The notes under the pieces are model-generated. The model did not search any database and was not told the DNA's origin. It was given only the letters and a program-made list of their open reading frames with translations. Position numbers and translations under genes: made by a program. From an uncultured virus (IMG/VR IMGVR_UViG_3300014204_013755) (lineage: Duplodnaviria; Heunggongvirae; Uroviricota; Caudoviricetes), in IMG/VR virus record IMGVR_UViG_3300014204_013755: a stretch of DNA of 64,000 nucleotides; one strand, written 5' to 3'. Shown here in pieces: positions 19,061 through 28,472 of the stretch. Positions within the stretch are counted from its first letter, which is position 1. Each line of letters starts with the position of its first letter.

Positions 19061-19359
19061 AGTGTACCAAGTCATAATTTGAAAGGTATACCCAACAGGT
19101 AAACAAAAACAACGAATCCAGATTTAGTGTACCAAGTCATAATTTGAAAGGTATACCCAACAGGAAAGACCAAAAGCCAAAGAGTTGGTTTAGTGTACCA
19201 AGTCATAATTTGAAAGGTATACCCAACTAACTCAGGATAATTCAAGTGCGAATAAATAGTGTACCAAGTCATAATTTGAAAGGTATACCCAACGGAATAA
19301 TCAAGCTTCTCAACTATCTTCTCAGTGTACCAAGTCACAATTTGAAAGATATACCCAAC
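19061..19359 (+). CRISPR. CRISPR array 1: 5 repeats of 36 bp, 4 spacers (29, 30, 30, 30 bp)
   Basis: AGTGTACCAAGTCATAATTTGAAAGGTATACCCAAC at 19061, 19126, 19192, 19258 and 19324 (last has 2 mismatches); unique spacers; strand inferred from the degenerate distal repeat and the cas gene. Confidence 0.97.
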
Positions 19360-19370
19360 AATTCCGTCCA

Positions 19371-20369
19371 TTATTTACTATAAATGCGTTTGACATTATC
19401 AAATTCATTTTTCACTGTGTCTGAATTAATATTATCAGTTATAATAGCATCTAAATCAAATATATCGTAAGTTTTTTCTTCTTCAAATTGTTCTTCAATG
19501 ATGTCTTGTTTAGTATAATGAATCGACTTCACGTTCAACTGTGATAATTTCATTTGAAATTCTAAATTTTCCGAAAGTTCGAAATTTATATTTAAATCTA
19601 CAAAATTATTATTAAGATATTCTTCGGTTAGTATTTTCAAATCACCAATAGAAGTGATATTTTTTATCTCAAATTTAGAATTAATTCCATTTGGAATGAA
19701 TTTTTCTTGTCCAGACTCCACATCTAACACCCAAATACCATTATTTTTGGAATTAAAATTTAATGGGTATGGGGATTCGATACATTTATTATTGCCTTTA
19801 GTTTCATCTTTAACGCCAGAATAAATTATTTTAAAGTCTATATTTAAATTAAGGCCATATATTTCATTATTTACAAATAAAAATTCACTTTCAGAATAAT
19901 GTTCAAGGTTCTCAACAGGCTCTAAAATCTTATTAAAATGATTTAAAAAAATATTTTTATTTTTAATTTCTTCAATTATATCTTTATGATAACCATATAA
20001 TTGTATTTTATTATCATATAAAGTAGCTGATTTGTCTACGATATAAACATTCTTTATATTTTTAAGTACAGTGAGGACATTTAATGTGCCATATGTATCA
20101 TGTTTAGATAGTAATATGAAAACTGGTAATAATTCTGATAATCTCTCGAATACTGAAACGGCCTGATTAATAGTTTTTACATTAATATTTTCATTTCTAT
20201 TGAACACATTACCAAGATGAATCAGGCAATCATTTTCTTTTTTATATTTTTTTATAAATGGTATGAGATAATCAAAATAATATTTACCCGATTCGTCTAA
20301 TGATTTATTTAAGTCGAACAATTCTTTATACCCAAATGTGCTATTTCCAATTATAAAAACTTTAGCCAT
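19371..20369 (-). CDS. Mre11/SbcD/gp47-like metallophosphoesterase with degenerate active site
   Basis: Spacing matches the family but motifs read GNSTFG, HLGNVF, LSKHD and SGVKD instead of SDxHxG, GDxF, GNHD and GHxH. Confidence 0.65.
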   Translation of the reverse strand: MAKVFIIGNSTFGYKELFDLNKSLDESGKYYFDYLIPFIKKYKKENDCLIHLGNVFNRNENINVKTINQAVSVFERLSELLPVFILLSKHDTYGTLNVLTVLKNIKNVYIVDKSATLYDNKIQLYGYHKDIIEEIKNKNIFLNHFNKILEPVENLEHYSESEFLFVNNEIYGLNLNIDFKIIYSGVKDETKGNNKCIESPYPLNFNSKNNGIWVLDVESGQEKFIPNGINSKFEIKNITSIGDLKILTEEYLNNNFVDLNINFELSENLEFQMKLSQLNVKSIHYTKQDIIEEQFEEEKTYDIFDLDAIITDNINSDTVKNEFDNVKRIYSK

Positions 20370-20772
20370 TTTTCATCGATTTATATTTTTCAGCGACATA
20401 TTTTTTCATTAATGTTGTCGAGATATTATCAATAAATGTATGTTCTGAAAATTGAATCTCATCCCTTGTTATATTAAAATAATCACTAACAACAGTACGT
20501 ATTATATCTTTACTTTGTTCAATAGTTAATTTAAATTTAACCTCTAAATCAATAAATAATGTTTTTTGAATTTCAACCCAAAATAATTCTGGGTTATGTT
20601 CATCTTTTAACCGTCCCATTTTAAGCATGATTTCATCATCAAAGATATAATAATTAAACTTACTCTTACTTCTGGGAGACGGTATAACATCAGACTTTTT
20701 TATAATATTGTAAACGAAATACTTAGGACTTCTACTCTCAATTATTTTTTGTGCAAGTTCTAAATTATCCAT
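20362..20772 (-). CDS. hypothetical protein, paralog of 45256..45591
   Basis: QKIIESRSPKYFVYNIIK versus QKIQEARSPKYFLWNIIK. Confidence 0.65.
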   Translation of the reverse strand: MDNLELAQKIIESRSPKYFVYNIIKKSDVIPSPRSKSKFNYYIFDDEIMLKMGRLKDEHNPELFWVEIQKTLFIDLEVKFKLTIEQSKDIIRTVVSDYFNITRDEIQFSEHTFIDNISTTLMKKYVAEKYKSMKNG

Positions 20773-22108
20773 TATTAATATTTTTGAAATTTTAAAGCTC
20801 TATATATTTCTCTAACTACATCATATTTAGCATCAAATGGATTTTTAAAATACTTATCACCAGTGTGTTTATTACTAAATTCCTCTTTGGTGTTCCAGAT
20901 TTTATATCCACAGAATTTATTATAGTTATTTTCGTACCCTTTAAATTTAATATCGCAAAAGAAAACATCGATATAGATATCATGGGTCTCATATATCCAT
21001 TTAATAATAGATGCTATCTCTAAATCTCGTTCTAAACCTTTTGGGATATAACCAAGGTTTTTATATCTTGTTACAAGAGTTTCTAATTTCATGCATATTC
21101 AATTTCACCAGATTTAACAGTAAAATTTATAGCTCTGTTATCCCCGTATTCACTTTTAAATATTACATCACCACTTAAAAACCCGTTTTCATTATTTATT
21201 TCAGAAACGGTTGTTTTAAATGATAATTTTTTATCCAATAAACATTGAATATCTTCTTTTAAATTATCATTTATAGTATACATTTGGTTTCTCATAAATA
21301 TTTCCAAATATATTTCAATAATTGAACCTCTCTTTGAGGTTTTATTAGTTTTATTTGTTGTATTCATAATTTATAATTATTTTTTATAGCCCTCATCCAT
21401 TCTTTACATTCGAATTTAAGCAGTTCTTGTTCATCATATGATAGTAATCCAAAATCGTGACGGTAACTCATACAGACATTAAAGATGAATTTTTCTTCTG
21501 AAAAACAACTAAAAATATCTTTTCCAATATCTAATTTACTTGGTTTTTTATCCTGTTCATTACCATCCCAATCAAAATATGTAAATAGTTCTGCTCCAAG
21601 TTCATCATCTGTTGTTATTTTTAATATAGTCCAGTACCAAAAAATATCACGAGTATCAAAATCTTTATTATTACTTATCCATTCTTTAACTTTGTCCATA
21701 GAATCGGTTAAAAAACAATCTGCATTTACAGTCTCACCAGATTCATTTCGTCTCTCGGTAATGAAGTATCCCATAATATTATCATATATAAACAACACAA
21801 TATTTTTTTCTAATAGCATCTTTCAAAGCCCTTGATGCTTTACCATAATAAGGACTTTGTAAACTGTAAATATAACCAGCATCACTACATACCATATAAT
21901 CTTCAGCTTCTTCCTCAGTTATTTCTGATACTTTACCCATTAGAACCAGATTCATCGGTTTATTATAATCACTTAGCCAGTTATCAGCCTCTTTAATAGA
22001 GTCAAACCCTTTAATTTTATATGGTCTATTGAAGTAAATAATTTCTTCAATTTTAAAAACATCTTTACTCATTCTTTTTATAAATCTTTCAAACATATTA
22101 TGTTCAAT

Positions 22109-22588
22109 TTACATCATATTTATTAATCCACGTATTTTAAGATTTTTTTCAATTTCTTTCCAATCAACAAAATATCTATCAGATAAATTGACATCATATG
22201 TGAGAGGACACCCAAGTGCTGCATCATCAATATACAATTGTGCATATGCTTTTGGGCTTGTTGTCCAATATTTTTGTGTTGGATTTTCATTAATACCACA
22301 CAACTCAATATTATTTTCTTTAAACCAATTCACAGCATCTGTCAAAAAATTACCAACTAATTTTCTTTCATTAAACATATTCACAGTATCTGTCAAAAAA
22401 TTATCAACTAATTTTATTTCATTATCAGCAATTGGAACATTATCAACATCACTACGCATAGTAAACAATATTAATTTGTGTCCAGCTTCAACTAATTTTT
22501 TTAAAATTGGTACTGCTCCAATATCTTTTCCCACATTTGGGTATTCGTGGGTTACACATGTACCATCAAAATCAACACCTATATACAT
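22109..22588 (-). CDS. small HAD-superfamily phosphatase-like protein
   Basis: IGVDFDGT, LILFTMR, KAYAQLYIDDAALG. Confidence 0.8.
   Translation of the reverse strand: MYIGVDFDGTCVTHEYPNVGKDIGAVPILKKLVEAGHKLILFTMRSDVDNVPIADNEIKLVDNFLTDTVNMFNERKLVGNFLTDAVNWFKENNIELCGINENPTQKYWTTSPKAYAQLYIDDAALGCPLTYDVNLSDRYFVDWKEIEKNLKIRGLINMM
22321..22422. repeat. 51-bp tandem duplication in the HAD gene
   Basis: KLVDNFLTDTVNMFNER then KLVGNFLTDAVNWFKEN; DNA units at 22321 and 22372. Confidence 0.9.
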
Positions 22589-22836
22589 TTTTTATTTTTA
22601 TTTTTTGATTATAAATATAGTCTTCCATTATTCAAAATCAGCTTTTGTTACCTCATAATCACCATCTCCCATATTTACATATGAAGTTTTAACATCAACA
22701 CCCAAATCATCTAATATAGCTTTATAACACCGTTCTTGGTCATGTCCTTCACGTAATACAGTTATATTACCATCTACTAATTTAGAGGCTATGTGCCAAT
22801 CACCATCTTCTGAGGCGATAATTTTATAAATACAAT

Positions 22837-25245
22837 TTAGTTCCATTTTATTATATTTTTCGATTCATCTGATTTACTAATTAAAACATTCTTTATATCT
22901 AATATTTTGCTTACTTTTTGAATGAAACTATTTTCATTTGAGGATGTTATTATTTCATTCTTATAAGTAAATCTATAATCATTTACAATATGGTCAAGAC
23001 ATGTTATTACAAGAGTTTTGTTCAAACAAAAACGAATATACGGGTCTTTATTAACACTATATGTTAATAAATCTAAATTAAGTAATGCCCGTCTAAATTC
23101 ACCTTGGTGTGGGTGCATCACATTAGTTTCATTTGGGTTCACTAAAATATTATGTGGAATGTTTTCACCAATCATAGCCCCATTACCATGTCTGGTTTGA
23201 TAAGCTCTTGTAACTAAATATAATTCAGGTTTAAATCCAGCATCTATTATATTTTTAGTACTAACATAACTTCTTGTGACATGAGGGAAAAACCCAATAT
23301 TTGGGTCTAATAATAATCCCTGAGAACCTTCAAAAATATAATTTTCACTAAATGGAAAATCATACACAGGTTTTATATTTTTAGAAGATATGATTCTTTC
23401 TATACTTTGAAAAAATCTATCTAAATTAATTTCAAAATTTAAATTATAGAATTTTTTTATTTCATTTAATTTTATTCTCATCACTGGTTCATAAAATAAA
23501 TCACCAAATTGTAAAGAATAAAATTTTTCTTCTCTATTTATTGTAGCACCAACACCAACCCCAACGCTACCATGATTATTGGTTTTTTCGGATTCATGAT
23601 TATAAAATATATCAAATGGTGTTGTTATAGGACACCTTTCATCAATGTATAATAAAGGCTGAACACCTTTTTCAATTAAAATATCTAATTCATTTATTAG
23701 ACCAACTGGGTCAACGGTGCAGTATTTCGCCCAATAACTTGGGATTTCACGTAATGTACCAGAACCAAAATTTGAAAATACGTGTCTGATATCATTTAAA
23801 ATAACGGTGTTGTGGGATATAGTACCATTTGAAATATAACTATGTGTGTTTGGCATTGTTATATCGTAGACATTTTCAATTCTGTCATTTAATACTATTT
23901 CTTTAATATTTATTAAATTATATGTTTCTAAAAGTTCTATCAGATAATTATATTCTTCTTGTATTTTTGATTTATTATTTAGAATGAAATTTGTTCTAAT
24001 ATTGTTATTATTTCTTCCCTTTTTATTTAATATTTTAAGGAAGTTTTTTTTGAAATTTGAATTTACTTTTAATACAACACCATTAAGGTTTGGGTTTTTA
24101 TTTTGTTTTAATTCTATTAATTTATCTAATTTATTATTATTATATTTAGAAATAAATCCTATTCTTTCTGAAAATTTTATAATATCTTCAATAGAAGATA
24201 TTTCTATATTAAATACAGTTAATCGTTTCTTTTTTTTATTTTTATATATTGATACATGGGAATGTATTCCAATTAAATATAACATTTGTTGCATTTCTCG
24301 AATTAAAATTTCAGATGTGTTACTAAATTTTATTCTTCCATATATATTTTGTTTTTTTTTGTGAAAACTAACACACCCATCGGTATCAAAAAGACCTCTT
24401 AAATATGATTTAATTATTTTTTTTGTACCATTTAACACAAAAGTGGGTGTTCTTTTTTCTACACCTTTTTTAAAAAAGCAACCCAATTTTAAAAGAATAT
24501 TCAAAAAATCAGTAGACCATATATATAATATTAAACAAGATTTGCATTTATGTGGTTTAATTGTATAATTTATCCCCATGTTTTTTAAGGAATTAACAAC
24601 TGTTTCTAATACATCTTTTTGTTTTTTATTAAAAATAATTTGTAAACCCTTTTTAGTAAACATACCATCACCATTAACAAGACCCATTAACTCCGATATA
24701 TCATATATATCTATTTTTTTAATGTTAATTTTAACTTTATTATGAATAAAATCTGTTGTATTATCAATATTAGATAAATCAAATAAATCATTACCTATAT
24801 AATTATCATATTTTTTTGGGAAAATAAATTGATGTATATTTTTATTCAAATACACACTTTCAACCCACTCACATGACATATTAATAGAATTCCATACGAA
24901 ATATTTATGTGAAGAAGTACACCCAAATTCGACACCATTGGAAAGAAGTATTTTATTAACCTTTTTATTTTTTTCTTTATACAATAAGGATGTTTTTTCA
25001 GATTCTAAATTCATATTAATGACATCAAAAGACGAATTAACATTTGTTTTTTCACCTACTAAATCTTTAATATAAAATAAACCATTAATTGTGGTAATAA
25101 GTGTATCACCTACTTGACAATGACCAGCTTGCTGACCACCTGAAAATCTCACTACCATTGGATTAAAAGAAAGGGGACAGAGGTAATCGGTTGTTATACC
25201 CTTACCTTCATCCCCATACCCAATGCCCAAAACAGCTTTATTCAT
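22837..25245 (-). CDS. adenylosuccinate synthetase (PurA)-like protein with intein; ~365 aa after splicing
   Basis: GDEGKG, GGQQAGH|TV, GSVGVGVG, FEGSQGLLLD, TRHGNG, TCLD. Confidence 0.85.
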   Translation of the reverse strand: MNKAVLGIGYGDEGKGITTDYLCPLSFNPMVVRFSGGQQAGHCQVGDTLITTINGLFYIKDLVGEKTNVNSSFDVINMNLESEKTSLLYKEKNKKVNKILLSNGVEFGCTSSHKYFVWNSINMSCEWVESVYLNKNIHQFIFPKKYDNYIGNDLFDLSNIDNTTDFIHNKVKINIKKIDIYDISELMGLVNGDGMFTKKGLQIIFNKKQKDVLETVVNSLKNMGINYTIKPHKCKSCLILYIWSTDFLNILLKLGCFFKKGVEKRTPTFVLNGTKKIIKSYLRGLFDTDGCVSFHKKKQNIYGRIKFSNTSEILIREMQQMLYLIGIHSHVSIYKNKKKKRLTVFNIEISSIEDIIKFSERIGFISKYNNNKLDKLIELKQNKNPNLNGVVLKVNSNFKKNFLKILNKKGRNNNNIRTNFILNNKSKIQEEYNYLIELLETYNLINIKEIVLNDRIENVYDITMPNTHSYISNGTISHNTVILNDIRHVFSNFGSGTLREIPSYWAKYCTVDPVGLINELDILIEKGVQPLLYIDERCPITTPFDIFYNHESEKTNNHGSVGVGVGATINREEKFYSLQFGDLFYEPVMRIKLNEIKKFYNLNFEINLDRFFQSIERIISSKNIKPVYDFPFSENYIFEGSQGLLLDPNIGFFPHVTRSYVSTKNIIDAGFKPELYLVTRAYQTRHGNGAMIGENIPHNILVNPNETNVMHPHQGEFRRALLNLDLLTYSVNKDPYIRFCLNKTLVITCLDHIVNDYRFTYKNEIITSSNENSFIQKVSKILDIKNVLISKSDESKNIIKWN
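23809..25119 (-). mobile_element. intein (437 aa) with LAGLIDADG homing endonuclease
   Basis: Starts CQVGDTLI, block B CTSSH, LMGLVNGDG and LRGLFDTDG, ends VYDITMPNTHSYISNGTISHN with +1 Thr. Confidence 0.93.
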
Positions 25246-25257
25246 TAAATAATTGTT

Positions 25258-26157
25258 TTATAACATATCACTTGGACTAAACTCAGTTGTGTCAGAAACA
25301 ATGATTGAATCAGATGAACTTGGTGTATAATCCTGTTCTTTAACTTTAGGTTTTTCACTTTTTTGAACTTTCAAAATAGTTTCAGCAATAATATTTGCTA
25401 CATCATTCTTATTTTCAACAATAATGAGTTTATCACCCATAAGTTGTTTCCAACCATTAATAGTCTCTTGTCGGCCACCTGCATTTGTTTGTTTTATATG
25501 TAAGTGATAAACATGATATTTTTCACAAGCTTTTTCTAAAAGAGAATCAGATGTGTAATCACTATATTGTCCTTCACCCATCATGTCTTTAACAGCATTT
25601 TTGGGTAAATTCTTTAAAGTTGGTTCGTCACCGATAGTGAATATAAATCCTTTGTTGTTTCTCTTTTCAAAACAATCAATTGAAGTATGATATGCAGCAA
25701 AATACCATGCAAGTAAATAACTTTCACCTTCGTTACCACCACCACCACCTTCAAGATATACATCAGTTAACCATTTATCAAGTAATTCATCACTTGATTC
25801 AAATTGAGCCACCTGTAAGGGTGAATTATCTTCTTCGTGGTCTCCAATGGCAAGAAAAAGTACCTGTGGGTCAGCTATACCACCAGCGATAATTTTTTCC
25901 ATTATATTGGGTAATCCTTCTTTTACAAGAAAATGTGGGACAGACCCCATAGAACCTGTAACATCTAAACCCAGTATAATTGATACTGAATTTGGGTGTT
26001 CGTTAGAATCTCTCGATTCTCTAATAGCGACTCCAAATGGATTCATTGCATTATTAATGGAACGCTGTTTGAAAATCTCATGAGTTGATTTAGTCTTATA
26101 GCCTAAATCAGCAGCCCTTACTGAACGAGAATGTAAGGAATAATTACCACCACCCAT
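25258..26157 (-). CDS. VWA (MIDAS) domain protein
   Basis: GLDVTGSMG DxSxS-type motif, EGGGGGNEGESY, FTIGDE. Confidence 0.85.
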   Translation of the reverse strand: MGGGNYSLHSRSVRAADLGYKTKSTHEIFKQRSINNAMNPFGVAIRESRDSNEHPNSVSIILGLDVTGSMGSVPHFLVKEGLPNIMEKIIAGGIADPQVLFLAIGDHEEDNSPLQVAQFESSDELLDKWLTDVYLEGGGGGNEGESYLLAWYFAAYHTSIDCFEKRNNKGFIFTIGDEPTLKNLPKNAVKDMMGEGQYSDYTSDSLLEKACEKYHVYHLHIKQTNAGGRQETINGWKQLMGDKLIIVENKNDVANIIAETILKVQKSEKPKVKEQDYTPSSSDSIIVSDTTEFSPSDML

Positions 26158-26513
26158 TATTCATTCCCTCCAAATAAAAATTCATACCTTTTTTTTGAAA
26201 TTTCCAACATAATTTCGGTATTGCGAATCTTTAAACCCAATTCAAGGTCTTTATCAACAAATTCGATACTCTTAAAATCACTTGCTATAATAAGTGATTG
26301 TGCATTTGTTGGAGAAAGGTCAAGCATGTTTTCGAGTTCCCTTCTCATCCTTTTCAACTCCGTTTCCAAATCCTCAATTTTACGCTTGTAAATCATTTGA
26401 GTATCTTCCACAATAGCAAGCGCCCGGTCATCCCGTATTTGTTTGTTATTGCGTTTTAATGAAGCAAAAAACGCTCCAGTCAATTGTTCCGTTTGTTCTT
26501 TTAAATCTTCCAT
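26157..26513 (-). CDS. coiled-coil hypothetical protein
   Basis: 118 aa, translationally coupled to the VWA gene. Confidence 0.6.
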   Translation of the reverse strand: MEDLKEQTEQLTGAFFASLKRNNKQIRDDRALAIVEDTQMIYKRKIEDLETELKRMRRELENMLDLSPTNAQSLIIASDFKSIEFVDKDLELGLKIRNTEIMLEISKKRYEFLFGGNE

Positions 26514-26587
26514 TTGTTTCCGTTTTTAATTTTTAGAATAAAATTATTATAGTTAAAATCCGTTTAAATGTTTGAAAAAATTTATAC

Positions 26588-27496
26588 TTATAATTCTGTA
26601 TATAATTGTTTTTTTACAATATATCTAAATACATCGAGTGATATTTTTGTTAATAGTTTTTTCTCATCATCTGGATGAATATCTTTGTAATATTTAACCA
26701 ATAGCTCTCTTACTTCAGAAGAAGAAACTTCCATAACTGGGTTCTCACCGCTTAAATATATGTGAGGTTCTTTAAAATACCAAGCTTTCGGACTACTGCT
26801 AACATAACCACGTCTTGGTACAACAACAAAACGAATTAATCTTTCCAACAATTCATAATTGACCCAATTCTCGAAGGTATTAGAATTATCCAAACCAATC
26901 ACTATACTAAAATGAAATTGTTCTGTTAGTTCTTTTTCCTCTTTTAATTTTTTAACAAAATAATATGTTTCACCAGCCAGTTGATTTTTTATTTCATAAT
27001 CAAAAATTCTTATTCTATTATCAACCTTGGCTGCCAATCGGCACATTTCTAATCTATCTTCGGCATCTTCCATCCTTTTACCATACATATGTTTGTATGC
27101 TGGCATTATCCAAACCTCATCGAATTCACCAGAAGTATTTAAAAGAAATTGTGCCACCTGAATGTGACCTATTGTTATTGGGTCAAAAGCACCACCATAT
27201 ATAGCAACCTTAGTTTTACGACCAAGGGTTTTGTATTGTAACATTCGGGACTCAATCTTCAAAAGAGTACTTTCTATATTCTCTTGTAAATCCCATCCAT
27301 TCTCAGTATGTAATTCTATTAAGGAACATATCAAATCCCCAGCTTCTTCTTTTAAATTTTTAACATCAGTCCATTTCATTAACTCAAAAAATTCTCTCTG
27401 AATGTCTTTGAGTCTTTCATTAAGTGGAGTGTAACCGAAATTTTTTTTAAATATTTTATTTATTTCTTCTTGAAGTTCGATTGTCATTTTGCTCAT
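26588..27496 (-). CDS. MazG-like N-terminal domain fused to NadD-like nicotinate/nicotinamide-nucleotide adenylyltransferase
   Basis: EFFEL...EEAGDL (MazG-like); IYGGAFDPITIGH, IGLDN...W and VSSSEVR (NadD). Confidence 0.8.
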   Translation of the reverse strand: MSKMTIELQEEINKIFKKNFGYTPLNERLKDIQREFFELMKWTDVKNLKEEAGDLICSLIELHTENGWDLQENIESTLLKIESRMLQYKTLGRKTKVAIYGGAFDPITIGHIQVAQFLLNTSGEFDEVWIMPAYKHMYGKRMEDAEDRLEMCRLAAKVDNRIRIFDYEIKNQLAGETYYFVKKLKEEKELTEQFHFSIVIGLDNSNTFENWVNYELLERLIRFVVVPRRGYVSSSPKAWYFKEPHIYLSGENPVMEVSSSEVRELLVKYYKDIHPDDEKKLLTKISLDVFRYIVKKQLYTEL

Positions 27497-27794
27497 CTGA
27501 GAATATATTTAGTAGTTTTAATTTTCTTTCAGCTTGTTTGATTATAATTTCTTGTTCTGTTATCTGGGTTATTTTAAGACGACAAATTTGTTTCCAACAA
27601 TCAACTGCTATCTTAACTTTATTAACATAATATGAACCTTCACCATCTTCACCAGTATAACAAAGTGTCTTGGGAAATATTTTTAAAAATCTGTAATTAG
27701 ATAGTGGATACCCACAATCTCCCTCATAAGTTTCCCATATACACTTACCAGAATAACACATTAAATATTTTTTATGTTAATCTAAAGTATAATA

Positions 27795-27833
27795 AATTAT
27801 GTTTGGGTAACTTTTAGTGTCCCAAACATAATT
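27795..27833. other. 13-bp inverted repeat (hairpin or operator)
   Basis: AATTATGTTTGGG ... CCCAAACATAATT in an intergenic gap. Confidence 0.7.
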
Positions 27834-28472
27834 ATATACTAAAAATTTATTAATAACTAATAACCTTTGTTACTGTATCACAAGATTCTCTTTTCAATAA
27901 TTTATTGTGTAGTCTGATTGCTTTTTTTGCTTTCTTCTTAGAAAAACATTCTTTTTTTGTTAAAATTGGTTTAAAACCTTCTGGTAATTCATCTTTAAAA
28001 GGTGTAGCATCATCAAACTTCTCAGTCTGGAATTCACCATTGTATAATGGGATGTAAAATTTAAAAGGTTTTTTCTTTTTGTTTTCGGATAATTCCACGA
28101 TTTTGTAATTCGAATTTTTCATAACAATTGTTTTTATTTTGAGATTAAATTAATATTTCAGCGTTTATCACTTCAACCGTTTCAATTAAGTCGTCACCAT
28201 TTTTAAGATAAATAAAATAATCATCCCATCTTTGTAACAAATTGACATATACACCCAAATTGTATATAACTCCAGTTTTATAAGTATTACCATTAGAAGG
28301 TTTTTTAAAACTTACTAATTCATCAAGTAAAAATGAACAAAGTAGTGCGCTTGATTCAACACAAGATATTTTTTCTTTATTAACACTTACTATTTTTCCT
28401 ATTTCTTCTTTAAGATATTGTGTAGCTAATTCGGTTGATTGTTGTGATATAATTATTTTCATTTTGATTATG

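Noticed and set aside
19097..19323. Self-targeting spacers; AGG start of spacers 1-2 as part of the repeat
   Set aside because: No protospacer spotted by eye in the window (not exhaustive); spacers 3 and 4 do not start with AGG.
19072..19371. 99-aa minus-strand ORF with VGYTFQIMTWYT repeats
   Set aside because: It is the antisense translation of CRISPR array 1.
22837..25245. PurZ (Z-genome) call
   Set aside because: Has GDEGKG (Asp) rather than the PurZ Ser signature, and no DatZ-like gene was recognised nearby.
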